From assembly GCA_965214835.1 (NCBI GenBank), contig CBDCCK010000002.1, positions 1,600,001 through 1,664,000 on the forward strand: a stretch of DNA of 64,000 bases. The letters are read 5' to 3'. The notes beneath the pieces are model-generated. The model saw nothing but the letters and a program-made list of their open reading frames with translations, was not told the origin of the DNA and ran no database searches. The translations under genes were made by a program, and so were the position numbers. The DNA comes from Nitrosopumilaceae archaeon (lineage in GTDB: Archaea > Thermoproteota > Nitrososphaeria > Nitrososphaerales > Nitrosopumilaceae). Of this stretch, positions 31,627 through 41,234 are shown piece by piece; the first letter of the stretch is position 1; every line of letters starts with the position of its first letter.

Positions 31627-32121
31627 TTGTTAAACGCGTATGTCATGGACACTAGCGCGTTGATTTCTTTGGGCAGGGATTATCCGCGCAGTGTCTTTCC
31701 AGGTGTGTGGGAGAGTTTTGAGGCACTGGTTAAGCAAGACAGAGTGATATCATCAAGGGTGGTTTTGGACGAAATCTCTAGACAGGATGATGACATACAC
31801 GAATGGTGCAAAAATAACAAGGGCATGTTCAAAAAGGACACCGACGAAATAAAAAAGAGCGCCATGGACATAGTACGAAAGCACTCAAAACTGCTGCACG
31901 CCAACAAAAATAGAGATGAGGCCGATCCATATCTTATTGCGTTGGCATCATCGCGCATCAACAGCAACATCACCGGCGATAAATGGATGATCGTAACACA
32001 GGAAAGAGACAGGCCAAATAAAATCCCAAGCGTGGCAAAAGAGTACGGCATAGAGAGCATAGGGATCGTAGAGGTCTTTAGCAGAGAAGGCTGGACGTTT
32101 TACAATAGACCTTATGCGTAA
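31627..32121 (+). CDS. DUF4411 PIN-domain protein (last residues run into MITE-B)
   Basis: YVMDTS, YP..VFP..W, ADPYLIA, IVTQE, KIP. Confidence 0.85.
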   Translation: MLNAYVMDTSALISLGRDYPRSVFPGVWESFEALVKQDRVISSRVVLDEISRQDDDIHEWCKNNKGMFKKDTDEIKKSAMDIVRKHSKLLHANKNRDEADPYLIALASSRINSNITGDKWMIVTQERDRPNKIPSVAKEYGIESIGIVEVFSREGWTFYNRPYA

Positions 32122-32369
32122 TCGGTTCAGATCTGGGACTATTACGAACAAATTCATCGTATGTGGTCACGTCCCCCCGTTGGCCAGGCGTGAAAATCAT
32201 AACCATACATGCCAATTCGTGCCTGATTGGTAGGGGCAGGTGACCTCGTACAATTCATCTCACTAGACCTTATGCGTAATCGGTTCAGATCCAGGATTAC
32301 TACGAACAAATTCATCTCATTCAGGTTAATTACGCATAAGGTCTATTCAGGTCGATTACGCAAAGTCTA
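32106..32369. mobile_element. Nested stack: MITE-B containing MITE-A (32159-32251) and a second MITE-B (32264-32345)
   Basis: TIR TAGACCTTATGCGTAAT; MITE-A has 8-bp TSD AATTCATC. Confidence 0.88.
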
Positions 32370-32483
32370 TTAGGCGACAACCCCGGTAATAACAACAGGT
32401 GGGTAAGGTCTGTTGAGCAATCAATAGGATCTTGGCCGAACCGATGATGCCTGTTGGGCAGGCTGGGAGAAGTAGGTCGAGAG

Positions 32484-32650
32484 TCACCATATTATCTTGT
32501 CATTCCAATCCCATTTTTCGCGGTACTTCAATTTGTTACTGTACGCATCGTAAAACGTCGTGTCTCTATGAACGAGAAATCTCTGGGTTGCGCTTGCAAT
32601 GTAATCTGCAACCTGAAGCATGGGCACACTTCTTGAGTCTTCATGATGAA
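32484..32650 (-). pseudogene. DUF3800-like C-terminal fragment
   Basis: DSRSVPMLQVADYIAS motif; cut by MITE-B. Confidence 0.55.
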
Positions 32651-32732
32651 TAGACTTTATGTGTAATCTATTCAGATCTAGGATTATTACGAACAAATTC
32701 ATCTCATTCAGGTCGATTACGCATAAGGTCTA
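32651..32732. mobile_element. MITE-B copy
   Basis: TAGACTTTATG...GCATAAGGTCTA. Confidence 0.85.
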
Positions 32733-32792
32733 ATATTTGCAGTAAAATCCACCTTCAAATTTTTTTGCTTTATTCTATCATGAATTTTACTT

Positions 32793-33077
32793 TTACAGTA
32801 TAGGAGCTCTCTTTTTTGGAACAATCTCATCTTTGTGAATGTTTGATGAAGCCAGAGTTACATAACCTATTGTTTCGTTTTTGTAATTAACAAGGTATGT
32901 TGTACCCAAATGCGCCTTTTGATTCTTCAATGCTCTTTTTTCAATAAAGTTTTGTAAAAATTGAGAATCTTGACCTTTGTTATCTGTGCAATCAAGACAT
33001 GGTTTAGTTTTTGAGTTTATTTGTGGAAAACTAAAAGCAGTTGTATCAATTACATCTTTTCTGGAAGAGCCACTCAC
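32793..33077 (-). pseudogene. Truncated GNAT acetyltransferase toxin-like gene
   Basis: LQNFIEKRA...TTYL...IGYVTL; acetyl-CoA-binding motif is missing. Confidence 0.6.
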
Positions 33078-33128
33078 AAAATTGTGAAAGTATGCAGGTA
33101 ATTATTTTTTGCTTTGCTGAGGAATTGG

Positions 33129-33320
33129 CTATGAGCAATTATTGCGATAAAATTCTTCAGATTCTGCCATGAATTGCCGTTCTTTTTTTGTAGATTTGCT
33201 TTTTTGATATTTATCAAAGGACTTTGCATTTTTATCCTTTAGAACTATAGGATCATTTGGATTCATTCCAACATCGTCTCCAGTAGAGGGACTTTCTATG
33301 CTCTTTATTAAATTAAGCAT
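33129..33320 (-). CDS. Small putative antitoxin (DUF1778-like position)
   Basis: PIVLKDKNAKSF upstream of the GNAT fragment. Confidence 0.4.
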   Translation of the reverse strand: MLNLIKSIESPSTGDDVGMNPNDPIVLKDKNAKSFDKYQKSKSTKKERQFMAESEEFYRNNCS

Positions 33321-33388
33321 TTCATTATCCTGTTTCTTTTATAGATTCCGCCCGGATCAGGCATTTTGATCAGAAAGGAGGTGATAAC

Positions 33389-33570
33389 ATGATCAACGTA
33401 GGAATAGACGTACACAAAAAGACATGCGTTGCAGCAGTGAAGGGCGACTCTGGCAAGATGCTAGAGCGATCCACGTTTGAGAACAGCGTTTCTGCAACAA
33501 CGAATTTTGTAACAGACCTCAAGGCACAATACCATGGACAGCTGTCAATCATGGCAGTATGCGAGTCCAC
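33389..33570 (+). pseudogene. IS110 transposase N-terminal fragment
   Basis: MINVGIDVHKK...VCEST; GGAGGTGAT SD. Confidence 0.8.
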
Positions 33571-34722
33571 TGTCACGCAGAGAAAGTATGAGGATGCATC
33601 GCATAGCAACATCGTCCTGATTCGGAACATCACGCTGGCAAGGGTCCGCGGTAGGATTAGGTACGATTTCATATGGGAGATCTCCACCATGGCCCTTCTG
33701 ACATGAACAAGACGAAAATCCTCACGGATGCCATGCGTGTGGAAAAGGATACCAGGATCCATACCAGAATCCTAGCGGTGCGCTCCGTACTGCTTGGCAA
33801 CACCACTGCACAGACCGCAGAGATTGCCGACGTGACACAGCGTACCGTACAGATGCGGGTTGAGAGGTTCGAGCTTGACGGCGTTGACGGTCTCCGTGAC
33901 TCCCCCAACAGGGGCAAAAAGCCAAAGGTCCCAGTCGGCAGGATAAAAAAGATCGCCACAAAGTTGCGCAGGATGGAAAAGATCACCCCGAAGAAGATGC
34001 GCAACTGGGTGCGCCGCAGGCTGCATGTCACATACGGCGCGGGATGCATCAGAAGAATCCTGCGCACGATGGGATTCTCGCTAAAGACATCAACTGCCAG
34101 GCTGGTAAATGCTGCCGACGCAAAGGAGGTAAGACGGTGGCAAAGGGAGGCAAGAACCGCGATTAGGCTTGCAAAAAGGCGCGGATTCAGGATAACCGTA
34201 CAGGACGAGTCGGCATTCGTCAGTACGGGAAGGGACGGCAGAAAGTTCTGGTCGCCGGTGGGGGACAGAATCAAGGTGCAACGATCCGGCAGGAGGGAGC
34301 GCGTCGTGGTATACGGAACGGTTGCAGACGACGGAACCAGGCTGATGCGCACATACGACAGGTTCAACGGCGCAAACCTTGCGCGTTATCTCAAGCAGGT
34401 GCACAAAAAGTGGTGAAAGGTTCTGATTGTGATGGATAACGCATCGCAGCACAAGGCCGAAAGGGTCTGCAAATACCTGAAGAAAAACCCCGACATTGTC
34501 CTGCCGTGCCTGCCGGTAGCCAGGCCGGAGCTGAGCGCCATAGAGGCAGTCTGGAAGGAGGATGCCAAGTACAGGCTGGTCACGTCGGCCTTTTACGACC
34601 CGGCAGATCACCTCAAAAGGGCCGTCTCAGAATACTTTAGGACGTGTTCCATCAAGGTTGACATCCACAGGTATCTTGAGCGACGCGTGTAATCAGGCGA
34701 AATTTTCAATGATCGTCAGTAT
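33570..34722 (+). mobile_element. IS630 element with an in-frame TGA at 34414 (boundaries approximate)
   Basis: QDES, MDNASQH, PELSAIE in one frame. Confidence 0.8.
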
Positions 34723-34831
34723 AGTCAACAGGGGGACGTGACCACATACTATCATTTCAATCCAGAGAAGATCCAGGCTTCATGTCCCGAAGATTACACA
34801 GAACCATATGGGGTTTCGGAATGCGCGGCGA

Positions 34832-35695
34832 TCACAGGCTCTGCAGGATAGAGTCACACGTACTGCGGACCGCCCCCAAGTCCCGCCGCAGTTTCTCCCG
34901 ATCGCCTTCAAGGTCAAATGCAACCCTGAGGATGTAGATGAGATCGGGTCTCTTGTGTATCGAGTCTTTTAGCGATACAAAGTTTGCGTGGTTTATGCAG
35001 CTAAGGTACATGTAACAGTCAGCCAGCATGGAGTTTTTGATGAAATACCGGGTTTTTTCCCGGATGATTCTTGAGTGGTGGCTGTGCTTGACTTTGTCAG
35101 AAAAGCCCACGGTGGACTTGCACATTCGCTCCAGGAGGGACGTAGTGGCTCGCTCGACGCCTATGCAGTCGTTGACTATGGAGGCCCTGTCAGAAACGGG
35201 GCTCGGGGCAAGGTTTCGAAGCCTGTCCAGACAGTGGGCAGGCGTGGGCCCCTGCAGATTCAGCGCAAGCAGGGAGTTTGCAAGGTAGATGAGCGAGGAC
35301 TTTGCCCAGCACGGAGCAAACACGTCAGAACCAAGCCCGTCCCCTGCCCTGGTGACGCAGAAGATGGAGTTTATCAGGCAGTCTCTTGCATAGTCCCGGA
35401 AGATTGCGGTGCGCCTGTCCCGGACCCTAGAAAGAAGCATCTGCAGCTCCCAGGAGGGATCCTGCAGGATCCTCATGCTGTCATAGCTGACCAGTGTGTC
35501 AGAGTCAAGATCATCCAGCGATCCGTGGCCTATCCTTACGGATGCGTCATTTGCAAAGACGACCTCGTCTGGCTTGTTTGAGCCGTCAAATATGGTAACG
35601 TCATATCCGCATGCATCAGAACCGCCGCTTTGACACCCTCCGACACCCACTGGATGCCCAGTGGATAGCAGTCTCAGCAGCTCCCCGTCGTCCAT
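34832..35695 (-). CDS. Hypothetical protein (possibly nucleotidyltransferase-like fold)
   Basis: 287-aa ORF; N-terminal GGC...CGYDVTIFD. Confidence 0.7.
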   Translation of the reverse strand: MDDGELLRLLSTGHPVGVGGCQSGGSDACGYDVTIFDGSNKPDEVVFANDASVRIGHGSLDDLDSDTLVSYDSMRILQDPSWELQMLLSRVRDRRTAIFRDYARDCLINSIFCVTRAGDGLGSDVFAPCWAKSSLIYLANSLLALNLQGPTPAHCLDRLRNLAPSPVSDRASIVNDCIGVERATTSLLERMCKSTVGFSDKVKHSHHSRIIREKTRYFIKNSMLADCYMYLSCINHANFVSLKDSIHKRPDLIYILRVAFDLEGDREKLRRDLGAVRSTCDSILQSL

Positions 35696-35806
35696 CAGGT
35701 AAGCTACGGCGGGGCTTTCTATAAATGAGGCAGCCGACTAAATTTTACCATTCGATGTACTCAAAGCATTTCCTTTAAATTAAGAGCGGTGGGATCCTTG
35801 ATCAGT

Positions 35807-35881
35807 GCTCCTATAGTGTAGTCCGGTTAAGCATACAGCCCTCTCAAGGCTGTGACCCGGGTTCAAATCCCGGTGGGAGCA
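35807..35881 (+). tRNA. tRNA-Glu(CTC)
   Basis: Cloverleaf with CAGCC-CTCTCAA-GGCTG; TTTAAAT promoter. Confidence 0.95.
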
Positions 35882-36034
35882 TCCCTTTTGTGTCACAGGC
35901 ATGTCTAAAAAATCGTATAGCATCAGATCCTCCGTAAAATCAGGCGTAAGCAGGAAGTTTGGATGGATGTTTTACGCCTAGAAGGTTGAGGATCTTATGT
36001 TATACTTTTTTAGTAACATGCCTATAGTTCTTCC

Positions 36035-37443
36035 ATGATTAAACCCTTTGTCGCAGCAGGATTCTTTCTCGCTCTGGCTGTGGCCCTTACTGCCGACGCA
36101 CACGCTGAGGTGCCGCCCCCGCTAAAGCAGCTTGCAGCCGGCGTCTCTCCAGAGGGAGTTCTGTGCAGGGAGGGGCTCGCGCTGGTCGTGCGCGGCACAG
36201 ACAGCGCCATGTGTGTGTGAGTACAGAGACTGCCGAAAAGAAGGGGTGGACCGTAACCATACCTGATGCCGGCACCGCCGAGTCCACGCACCTGCTGCTG
36301 CAGGCAGGTGGCCTGGCACCGGCCGAGATTTCGGACTATTCTGGGATCGTGGCAGCAAACAACGGCTTTGCAGTCGACTTTTACTCGCACGCTGCCGGAC
36401 AGGAGGACACAAACATCGTATTCTCACCGTGGAGCATCTTCAGCGCCTTTGCGCTTGCACACGAGGGGGCGGGGGGAGGCACGAGAGACGAGCTCACAGA
36501 TGCGTTCGGGTTTCCGGAGGAAAAACACGTGCAGTTTGGCTCGGCAATGGCGGATCTGAACAGGCCAGATGCCGAGTACAGGCTGTCGGTTGCAAACGCG
36601 CTGTGGCTTGCAGAGTGGCTCGAGCCGCTAGAGGAGTACGTGCAGACCGCAAGGATATACTACGACAGCGGCGTGGAGAAGGTGGACTTTGGATCCGGTG
36701 ATGCGGTCAAGACGATTAACGGGTGGGTGTCAGATAACACCGGAGGCAAGATAGACGAGGTTCTGGCGCCCGACTCCGTCGGCCCCGCAACGGCTATGGT
36801 CATAACAAACGCAGTATACTTCAAGGGCGACTGGGTGTATACCTTTGACGAGTCCGGAACAATCGAGGACGGCTCGTTCTGGGTTACCCCCGACAAAAAG
36901 GTGGCAGTCCCGATGATGTACGGAAAGGAATATTACAGGCATGCGGACGTGGGCACGCACCAGGTCCTTGAGATGCCGTACGTGGGCGACCGCATCTCCA
37001 TGCTCGTGCTACTGCCAAACGAAAAGGGCGGGATAGACGAGCTGGAGGGGCTGCTGAGCGCCGAGAGCCTCGAGGAGTGGAGGGGGGATCTTGTAGGACG
37101 ACAACTAGAGGTCTATTTTCCAAAATTCAGTCTTGACGTCTCATACAATCTAAGAGAGGACCTGTCCGCGATGGGCGTGACCTCGCTCTTTGAAGGGACG
37201 GCAGACCTTTCTGGCATAGCCGGGGACGGGCAGCTGTACGTGTCAGACGCAGTCCACAAGGCGTTCATAAACGTAAACGAAAAGGGGACAGAGGCAGGTG
37301 CTACAACTACAATAGAAGCTACGGTATCAGGGCCTCAACTGTTTATAGCAAATCACCCGTTTGTCTTTGTCATACAGGACACGGAGACGGGCAACATACT
37401 GTTCATCGGAAGGCTGTCCGACCCGTCTCAGGGCGGCATGTGA
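36035..37443 (+). pseudogene. Secreted serpin with N-terminal PPLKQ domain, frameshifted at a (TG)5 tract
   Basis: NIVFSPWS, NAVYFKGDW, hinge EKGTEAGA, FIANHPF; signal peptide in the other frame. Confidence 0.9.
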
Positions 37444-37499
37444 GCCGGCATGTGGTACGCCACATGGGCGTGCCGACATACACTGCCCTGCATGACTGC

Positions 37500-37577
37500 T
37501 AGACTTTGCGTAATCGGTTCAGATTTGGGACTTACGAGCAAATTCATCCCATTCAGGTCGATTACACATGAGGTCTA
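37500..37577. mobile_element. MITE-B copy
   Basis: TAGACTTTGCGTAATCG...GAGGTCTA. Confidence 0.8.
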
Positions 37578-37651
37578 GTGCAAACTATGGATGCGCAGAT
37601 ATTCATGAAGGCGACGACTCGTCCTGGCCGCCTTGATCTACGTCATGCACA

Positions 37652-37731
37652 TAGATCTCATGCGTATTTGCCAAAAATGACGTAAAAGCTGCCTGATTTT
37701 TTTGATTTGCACCGATTACACACAGGGTCTA
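37652..37731. mobile_element. MITE-B (subfamily 2) copy
   Basis: Interior matches 13550-13625. Confidence 0.75.
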
Positions 37732-37868
37732 GTGCCCAGCTTGGATGATCACCCGTCTTGGAGATCCTGGCCTTGCCTTTGTGCAGCATGGCATGCACGG
37801 GCGTCATCGGGTGTCTCAAGAGTTTATGACTGCCATCATGGCACGTGCCTTTGGCCAAAAAAATGGGT

Positions 37869-38642
37869 CTAGTTGCTTCCTATCAGGAATACAACGTTTG
37901 CGGTGGCCCTGACGTCTTGATCCGATGAAAAGATTGGTGCAGACTTGGCTACAAATCCCGCAGCTCTGTCCGAGTCGGCATATACGGCCACAGGCGGGGA
38001 GGTGCCAAATTCCGAGAGCGAGACTGCCTTGACGCCGATGATCTGGTGATCAAGTGGGGCAAGCGCACTCTGGGCCTTTGCCCTCGCATTGATCACGGCC
38101 TGTCCAAGGAGCTCGTCCCTGACTTTAAGCTGGGTCTCAGGGGACAGTGAAAAGTACACGCCGTCCACCCTGTTTGCGCCGGCGCCTACTGCGTTATCGA
38201 TGATGTCAGCAGCAGAGTCCAGCAGGGACGTCTCCACGCTCAGCGTATTGACCACCCTGTAGCCGACCAGATCCTGCCGGTACGTGTCGCCGTCCATGTA
38301 TCCCTCGTAGACGGGATGGATGCCCAGCTGGGAGGTGCCGAGATCGCCTTCAGATACGCCTGCCGACCTTACTGCAGAGACGACTGCGCTCATTGACTCG
38401 GAGTTTGCGGCAAGTGCCTCCTTTGCGGTTTTTGCCTGCGTTTCAACGCCAAGGGTGACCGTCAGGAGATCAGGATCCACCGCGGCAGCTGCGATGCCGG
38501 TAACGGAGATCACCTTTTCCCTTGAGGGGAATGGGACCGTGACCTGTGCCAGTGCCTGGTTTTCAACAGAAACAAGACCCGCTGCAAAGGCCAAGACCAG
38601 CATGACGCAGGCCAGGCCCGCAGCAGGAACTATTTTGTTCAT
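37869..38642 (-). CDS. SIMPL (DUF541) domain protein
   Basis: Signal peptide; ISVTG...PD...LGVET; GANRVDGV. Confidence 0.88.
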   Translation of the reverse strand: MNKIVPAAGLACVMLVLAFAAGLVSVENQALAQVTVPFPSREKVISVTGIAAAAVDPDLLTVTLGVETQAKTAKEALAANSESMSAVVSAVRSAGVSEGDLGTSQLGIHPVYEGYMDGDTYRQDLVGYRVVNTLSVETSLLDSAADIIDNAVGAGANRVDGVYFSLSPETQLKVRDELLGQAVINARAKAQSALAPLDHQIIGVKAVSLSEFGTSPPVAVYADSDRAAGFVAKSAPIFSSDQDVRATANVVFLIGSN

Positions 38643-38736
38643 TGGAGGTGGTTTTGGCTTTGGGTATTTATGAAGTTCGCAAGCAGCACCGTAGGGACGG
38701 GGCGGAAATTTTCTTTAAATAACTAGCGCCGTATTT

Positions 38737-39393
38737 TTGTATGTGGGGCTGCGAGACATCATCCTAAAGGAGGAGTACCGCTCAGACAGGGACGACATCG
38801 TCACGGAGTTTTTCGTGCCATGCCTGAGCAACTGCATAGAGTATGACAGGTGCATAGAGTTCGTATCGCTCAAGAGCCTGACCACCCTGGCGCTGGGATT
38901 TGACAACTTTATCAGCCACAAGGCAAGGATGAGGATAGTGACGGGCCACAGGTTCGGGGCATACGATCTGAACATGATATCGAGGCTGTATGAGACAGAG
39001 AACCTGTTCAGAAGCAGGAACATACGGGACGCCAAAATCAAGATGCTAAAGCAGGTCGTAGACAACCACCAGCTGGAGATGAAGATAGCGATTCCCAGCT
39101 CCGAGGATGTCGCAGGCTCGTTTACAGAGAAAATCGGAATATTCATAGATGACAATGGCGATGCCGTCGCATTCACAGGCACGTCAAATGAGACCTTCAG
39201 TACGCAGAGCAAAAACTTTGAGTCAATTGACGTATTCACGTCATGGAACGACAAGTCCAGGGTGGAGACCAAGGTCAGGGACTTTGAGGAGCTGTGGGAG
39301 AACAATACGAGGTACCTGGAGGTCTTTGGCTTTGAGAATGCAATCAGGCGCAACCTCGTAAAGTACTCGTCGCGCTGGGCACTGCAGGACTAG
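38737..39393 (+). CDS. Stand-alone PLD-like domain (N-terminus of SF2 helicase-nuclease type)
   Basis: EYRSDRDDIV..FF.PCL, EKIGIF, AFTGTSNET, NFESIDVF. Confidence 0.7.
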   Translation: MYVGLRDIILKEEYRSDRDDIVTEFFVPCLSNCIEYDRCIEFVSLKSLTTLALGFDNFISHKARMRIVTGHRFGAYDLNMISRLYETENLFRSRNIRDAKIKMLKQVVDNHQLEMKIAIPSSEDVAGSFTEKIGIFIDDNGDAVAFTGTSNETFSTQSKNFESIDVFTSWNDKSRVETKVRDFEELWENNTRYLEVFGFENAIRRNLVKYSSRWALQD

Positions 39394-39977
39394 GGACCGG
39401 CCTTGGCCCGGAACCTGTTCTCCAGAAAGCTCATTCCAGATATCTTGTAATAGATCACCTCGCCGCGCCGCTCGATGACGGCAAGTATCGGTTCCTTGCC
39501 CATCTGGGTTATCTCGGAGATTTTTTTCTGAAGCAGGCCGATTCTTTCCTGCCGGCCCTCGTTTAGCGCAAACACCAGATACCTTGCGCCCTTTTGGCCA
39601 AAATGCCCCCTCTCATAGACCCTAAAGTCAGAGCCGAATCCGAACCCGTCCTTTACCACGTATCCCCTTGTTCTCAGATCCCTGTAGACCAGGAACCTGG
39701 TCAGTATGTCCCGGTCGTTTTTCTGGTAGACTCGGATCAGGCGATCAAAGTCTAGGGTCAGGCCTCCCCTTTTCAGGGTCAGGCGGCCGATGTAGACAAG
39801 ATAGAGCGCCTCAAAGCTTGCCAGGACGAACCGGTTTTCCTCAGGCTCGCCGTATCCCCTGGCTTCCAGCGCGTGGCGCATGTCGGGGTTTTCGATGAGG
39901 ATCTGCCCCCTGACGAGCTTTCCTTCCACCTGCGGCTCTTCGGATGACAAGATGTACAGTGGTGGGTGATTTTCCAT
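39390..39977 (-). CDS. endA: tRNA-splicing endonuclease subunit
   Basis: FEALYL, VYRDLRTRGY, FGSDFRVY. Confidence 0.88.
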   Translation of the reverse strand: MENHPPLYILSSEEPQVEGKLVRGQILIENPDMRHALEARGYGEPEENRFVLASFEALYLVYIGRLTLKRGGLTLDFDRLIRVYQKNDRDILTRFLVYRDLRTRGYVVKDGFGFGSDFRVYERGHFGQKGARYLVFALNEGRQERIGLLQKKISEITQMGKEPILAVIERRGEVIYYKISGMSFLENRFRAKAGP

Positions 39978-40142
39978 ATAAGGCTACATTATTGCCGCAA
40001 TGCGCGCACGTCCGGCTGGCCTGTCGCACGACCCCGGTTTTAGGCACAAAAGACCAGCTGTTTTTATGCGCTCAGGCACGGTTGTGCAACAAGCCACGTC
40101 CGGCTAACCGTTAAAATATGGGCCTCGGAGTCTTATGATAAA

Positions 40143-40643
40143 ATGCACGGTGCAAACTATAGAAGGAGCAACGGACAGCCCTATGCGCGAAAAAAGTACA
40201 TCAAGGGCAAGCCCCAGTCAAAGATCGCAAAATATCATGGCGGAAAGAGGGGCGACTATGACTATGTCGTTCAGCTGCTGATCAACGAAAAGATCCAGAT
40301 CAGGCACATGGCCATAGAGTCGTGCAGGCTTGCCGCAAACAAGCGTCTGGAAAAGACAACCGGTGAGGGCGGCTACTTTTCAAGACTGAGGATTTACCCG
40401 CACATCCTGCTGCGTGAGAACAAGATGATTGCGACGGCAGGCGCAGACAGGCTGCAGGAGGGGATGAGAAGGGCCTTTGGAAAGGCGGTAAGCCTGGCAG
40501 CAAGGGTCAGAATAGGCCAGTGCATCATGGAGATGGAGGTAAAGGAGGAGCACGTGGATGCCGCATCAAAGGCGCTCAAGGCAGCATGTGTCAAGCTGCC
40601 CGGGACGCCGTCAATCAAGGTCATTCCAATCAGCAGGAACTAG
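40143..40643 (+). CDS. rpl10e: 50S ribosomal protein uL16 (L10e)
   Basis: LRENK...AGADRLQEGMRRAFGK. Confidence 0.95.
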   Translation: MHGANYRRSNGQPYARKKYIKGKPQSKIAKYHGGKRGDYDYVVQLLINEKIQIRHMAIESCRLAANKRLEKTTGEGGYFSRLRIYPHILLRENKMIATAGADRLQEGMRRAFGKAVSLAARVRIGQCIMEMEVKEEHVDAASKALKAACVKLPGTPSIKVIPISRN

Positions 40644-40725
40644 GGATTTCAGCTCGGACAATCTTAAAAAAACCCCAAGCTTGATCAGTAGGATTTTAAT
40701 AGCCAGAATCAGGATTGACGGATGG

Positions 40726-40802
40726 GCAGTTGTAGTATAGTTTGGTTATTATTCGAGCTTGCCAAGTTCGTGACCCGGGTCCGAATCCCGGCAACTGCAC
40801 CA
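40726..40802 (+). tRNA. tRNA-Gly(GCC)
   Basis: GCAGTTG/CAACTGC acceptor, TTGCCAA loop, CCA encoded; T-loop TCCGAAT. Confidence 0.92.
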
Positions 40803-41234
40803 CTAGCCTTCAGGCCCGGCCGCCAGCCCCCTTTTGATGATCTCAAGGGCATTTACTGCCTTGTCCGGCCTTGGCAGCTGAATCATGAACACGTTGTCCT
40901 GTCCAAGCTTTGACTTTGGCGAGGACAGTGTCAGGATGGACGTCCTTGCAAGCAGCTCAAAGAAGCTCAGGGACTCGTTTGCGTTTACAATGATCCTCTC
41001 TACAAAGCCGCCCCTTGAGAAGGTCAGGACTATCTCGACAAAAACGTGTCCCAGGCCGTCCTGCAGTATGTTCAGGTCGGTGTTGATTGAGAGTGCCTGC
41101 CCTGCCACCTTTTGCAAAATGGCGTCAAACCTTTCCTCCTCAAGCAGTATGCAGGGGGTCGGCCTGCCGTCAAAGTCAAACGTGGTTATGCCGTCATGGG
41201 CCCTCTCCAGCAGGGAGTCCAGGTCATCAGGCAT
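40803..41234 (-). CDS. Hypothetical protein
   Basis: 143-aa ORF translationally coupled to the antiporter. Confidence 0.75.
   Translation of the reverse strand: MPDDLDSLLERAHDGITTFDFDGRPTPCILLEEERFDAILQKVAGQALSINTDLNILQDGLGHVFVEIVLTFSRGGFVERIIVNANESLSFFELLARTSILTLSSPKSKLGQDNVFMIQLPRPDKAVNALEIIKRGLAAGPEG

Noticed and set aside
32106-32732. Repeat cluster as a CRISPR array
   Set aside because: Irregular spacing; fully explained by nested TIR elements.
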